IMG/VR virus record: IMGVR_UViG_3300042807_000483
Span: 1 to 33,608 of that record
Length of the DNA: 33,608 nt
Direction: 5' to 3' (one strand)
Source of the DNA: a virus
Lineage: Duplodnaviria; Caudoviricetes
In this document: positions 32,725-33,608 of the stretch, one piece after another
Layout: every line of letters begins with the position of its first letter
Numbering within the stretch: the stretch's first letter is position 1
The notes under the pieces: model-generated
The model's input: the letters and a program-made list of their open reading frames with translations, nothing else
Databases searched by the model: none
Told to the model about the DNA's origin: nothing
Program-made: the position numbers and the translations under genes

Positions 32725-32959
32725 TCTTTTGCTCTCCCTCGAGCCTTTCGATTTCCCAATTAAGATAAACCGCAGCTTTTTTTAAGTCTTCTAACTCATT
32801 GCCTTTATAGGGGGCCCGTAAAACATACTTTAAAACGTTCCCCCGCAGGAAGCTCTCATGCCGAGTAATCTGTATCGCCTCAATACCACTGGGGTGGTAG
32901 TAGTGGTTTGGGTGGTTAACAGCTTCTTCTTCCCCCTCCACTACCGCTCTTCCTTCCAA
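32714..32959 (-). CDS. DUF3310-family protein
   Basis: VNHPNHY...GIEAI...FLRGNVLKYVLRA..KG..EDLKKA..YL. Confidence 0.88.
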   Translation of the reverse strand: MEGRAVVEGEEEAVNHPNHYYHPSGIEAIQITRHESFLRGNVLKYVLRAPYKGNELEDLKKAAVYLNWEIERLEGEQKNAL

Positions 32960-33105
32960 TCTGTAATGTCCATAGCAATGACCGAGACCAAGTACTCCCG
33001 CTCCCCCAGAAAGTAACTTAGTGTTTTTCCATCTTCCATGACAATCCCAGCATCCACCATTTCATTTTTGATAAGTAGCTCTACGCCTTTATCTCCGCTA
33101 GTCAT
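32941..33105 (-). CDS. 54-aa hypothetical protein (not in ORF track)
   Basis: MTSGDKGVELLIKNEMV...WKEER*; TACGAT-N6-ATG leaderless start. Confidence 0.6.
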   Translation of the reverse strand: MTSGDKGVELLIKNEMVDAGIVMEDGKTLSYFLGEREYLVSVIAMDITDWKEER

Positions 33106-33121
33106 AGAGAAATCGTACCAT

Positions 33122-33203
33122 AACGAGAACCCCCCTCACGAGATACGCAAGGGGGGCTCTACTAATCGTTAACCACAACGAAAGGAGGCCTATAAGACCT
33201 TCT
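33122..33203 (-). ncRNA. Candidate trans-acting antisense sRNA (~80 nt)
   Basis: Extended -10 TGtTACTAT (33209-33217); 5' hairpin AGGTC/GGCCT; seed CCTTTCGTTGTGGTTA; terminator-like GAGCCCCCC/GGGGGGTTC; no ORF. Confidence 0.55.
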
Positions 33204-33237
33204 TAGGTATAGTAACACATTTTATTTAGTATTTAAC

Positions 33238-33534
33238 TTAATTAACACCAATTTGGTAAGTATATCTTACCCAGTGATACCCATCTGGGCCCATAATAGA
33301 AATCTTAAGACGACCGTCCACGTCAATCTCAAATTTGTCTGAGTCTTTGAACTCTAACCATGTACCGTCAATTTGAACAGCACCATTTTTAAAGTTAGTC
33401 ACTCTTCTCGGAGACTCCATGTTAACAACAAAACGCTCGACAAAGTTTGAGCTACGACTGTTCGCAACCTCATACTTTTTCAGCCAGACAGTGCTGGACC
33501 GCTTCAAGGCCTCTACGACCTCGTACTTATTCAT
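33238..33534 (-). CDS. Hypothetical protein
   Basis: 98 aa; GGAGG RBS followed by AACCACA-ATG. Confidence 0.75.
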   Translation of the reverse strand: MNKYEVVEALKRSSTVWLKKYEVANSRSSNFVERFVVNMESPRRVTNFKNGAVQIDGTWLEFKDSDKFEIDVDGRLKISIMGPDGYHWVRYTYQIGVN

Positions 33535-33553
33535 TGTGGTTCCTCCAGATTTC

Positions 33554-33582
33554 AGGATACTATTTCAAATCTTCCGTGTCAA
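33554..33582 (-). promoter_or_regulatory. SigA/sigma70-type promoter
   Basis: TTGACA (33577-33582) - 17 nt - TATCCT (33554-33559). Confidence 0.85.
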
Positions 33583-33608
33583 CTACATAGACTTCTGGGT
33601 GTCTCCAT

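Noticed and set aside
1-33608. Stop-codon reassignment (alternative genetic code)
   Set aside because: Conserved genes are full length under code 11 and end in TAA, TAG or TGA at expected positions.

Overview
Gene-dense fragment of a large tailed-phage genome, most likely infecting an Actinomycetota host. Support: two WhiB genes, an actinobacterial-type class I RNR, AGAAAGGA-type RBSs and many leaderless TANNNT-N6-start genes. No capsid, tail or integrase genes are recognisable. Positions 1-16.5 kb are almost all minus strand: a GC-rich block of small early-type genes with a MoxR/CbbQ-type AAA+ ATPase and a zincin-vWA partner, a degenerate CHAP/peptidoglycan-binding protein, a terminase-small-subunit-like protein, thioredoxin, a Mom-like acyltransferase, a non-coding inverted array of ~10-bp repeats (origin-like, 11.59-11.85 kb) and two WhiBs. 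The right half carries nrdAB, glycan/modification enzymes (GT4, GT-A, nucleotidyltransferase, pyruvyltransferase-like, methyltransferase, ABC-ATPase-GNAT fusion, two ATP-grasp proteins including RimK), an atypical tRNA-Thr(UGU), an M23 peptidase and an orphan HicA. Most notable: (1) NrdA lacks its C-terminal redox cysteines, while a separate 35-aa ORF missing from the ORF track, at the head of the nrd operon, ends in ...CPVDPMELLNCESCQ and looks like the missing tail; (2) the same operon has a free-standing, catalytically eroded RNR-type intein, and NrdB has class Ic (Phe instead of radical Tyr) signatures; (3) a predicted ~80-nt sRNA at 33.12-33.20 kb is complementary to a motif repeated at the translation start of about ten genes, including hicA. 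All calls are from reading the sequence only; no searches were run.
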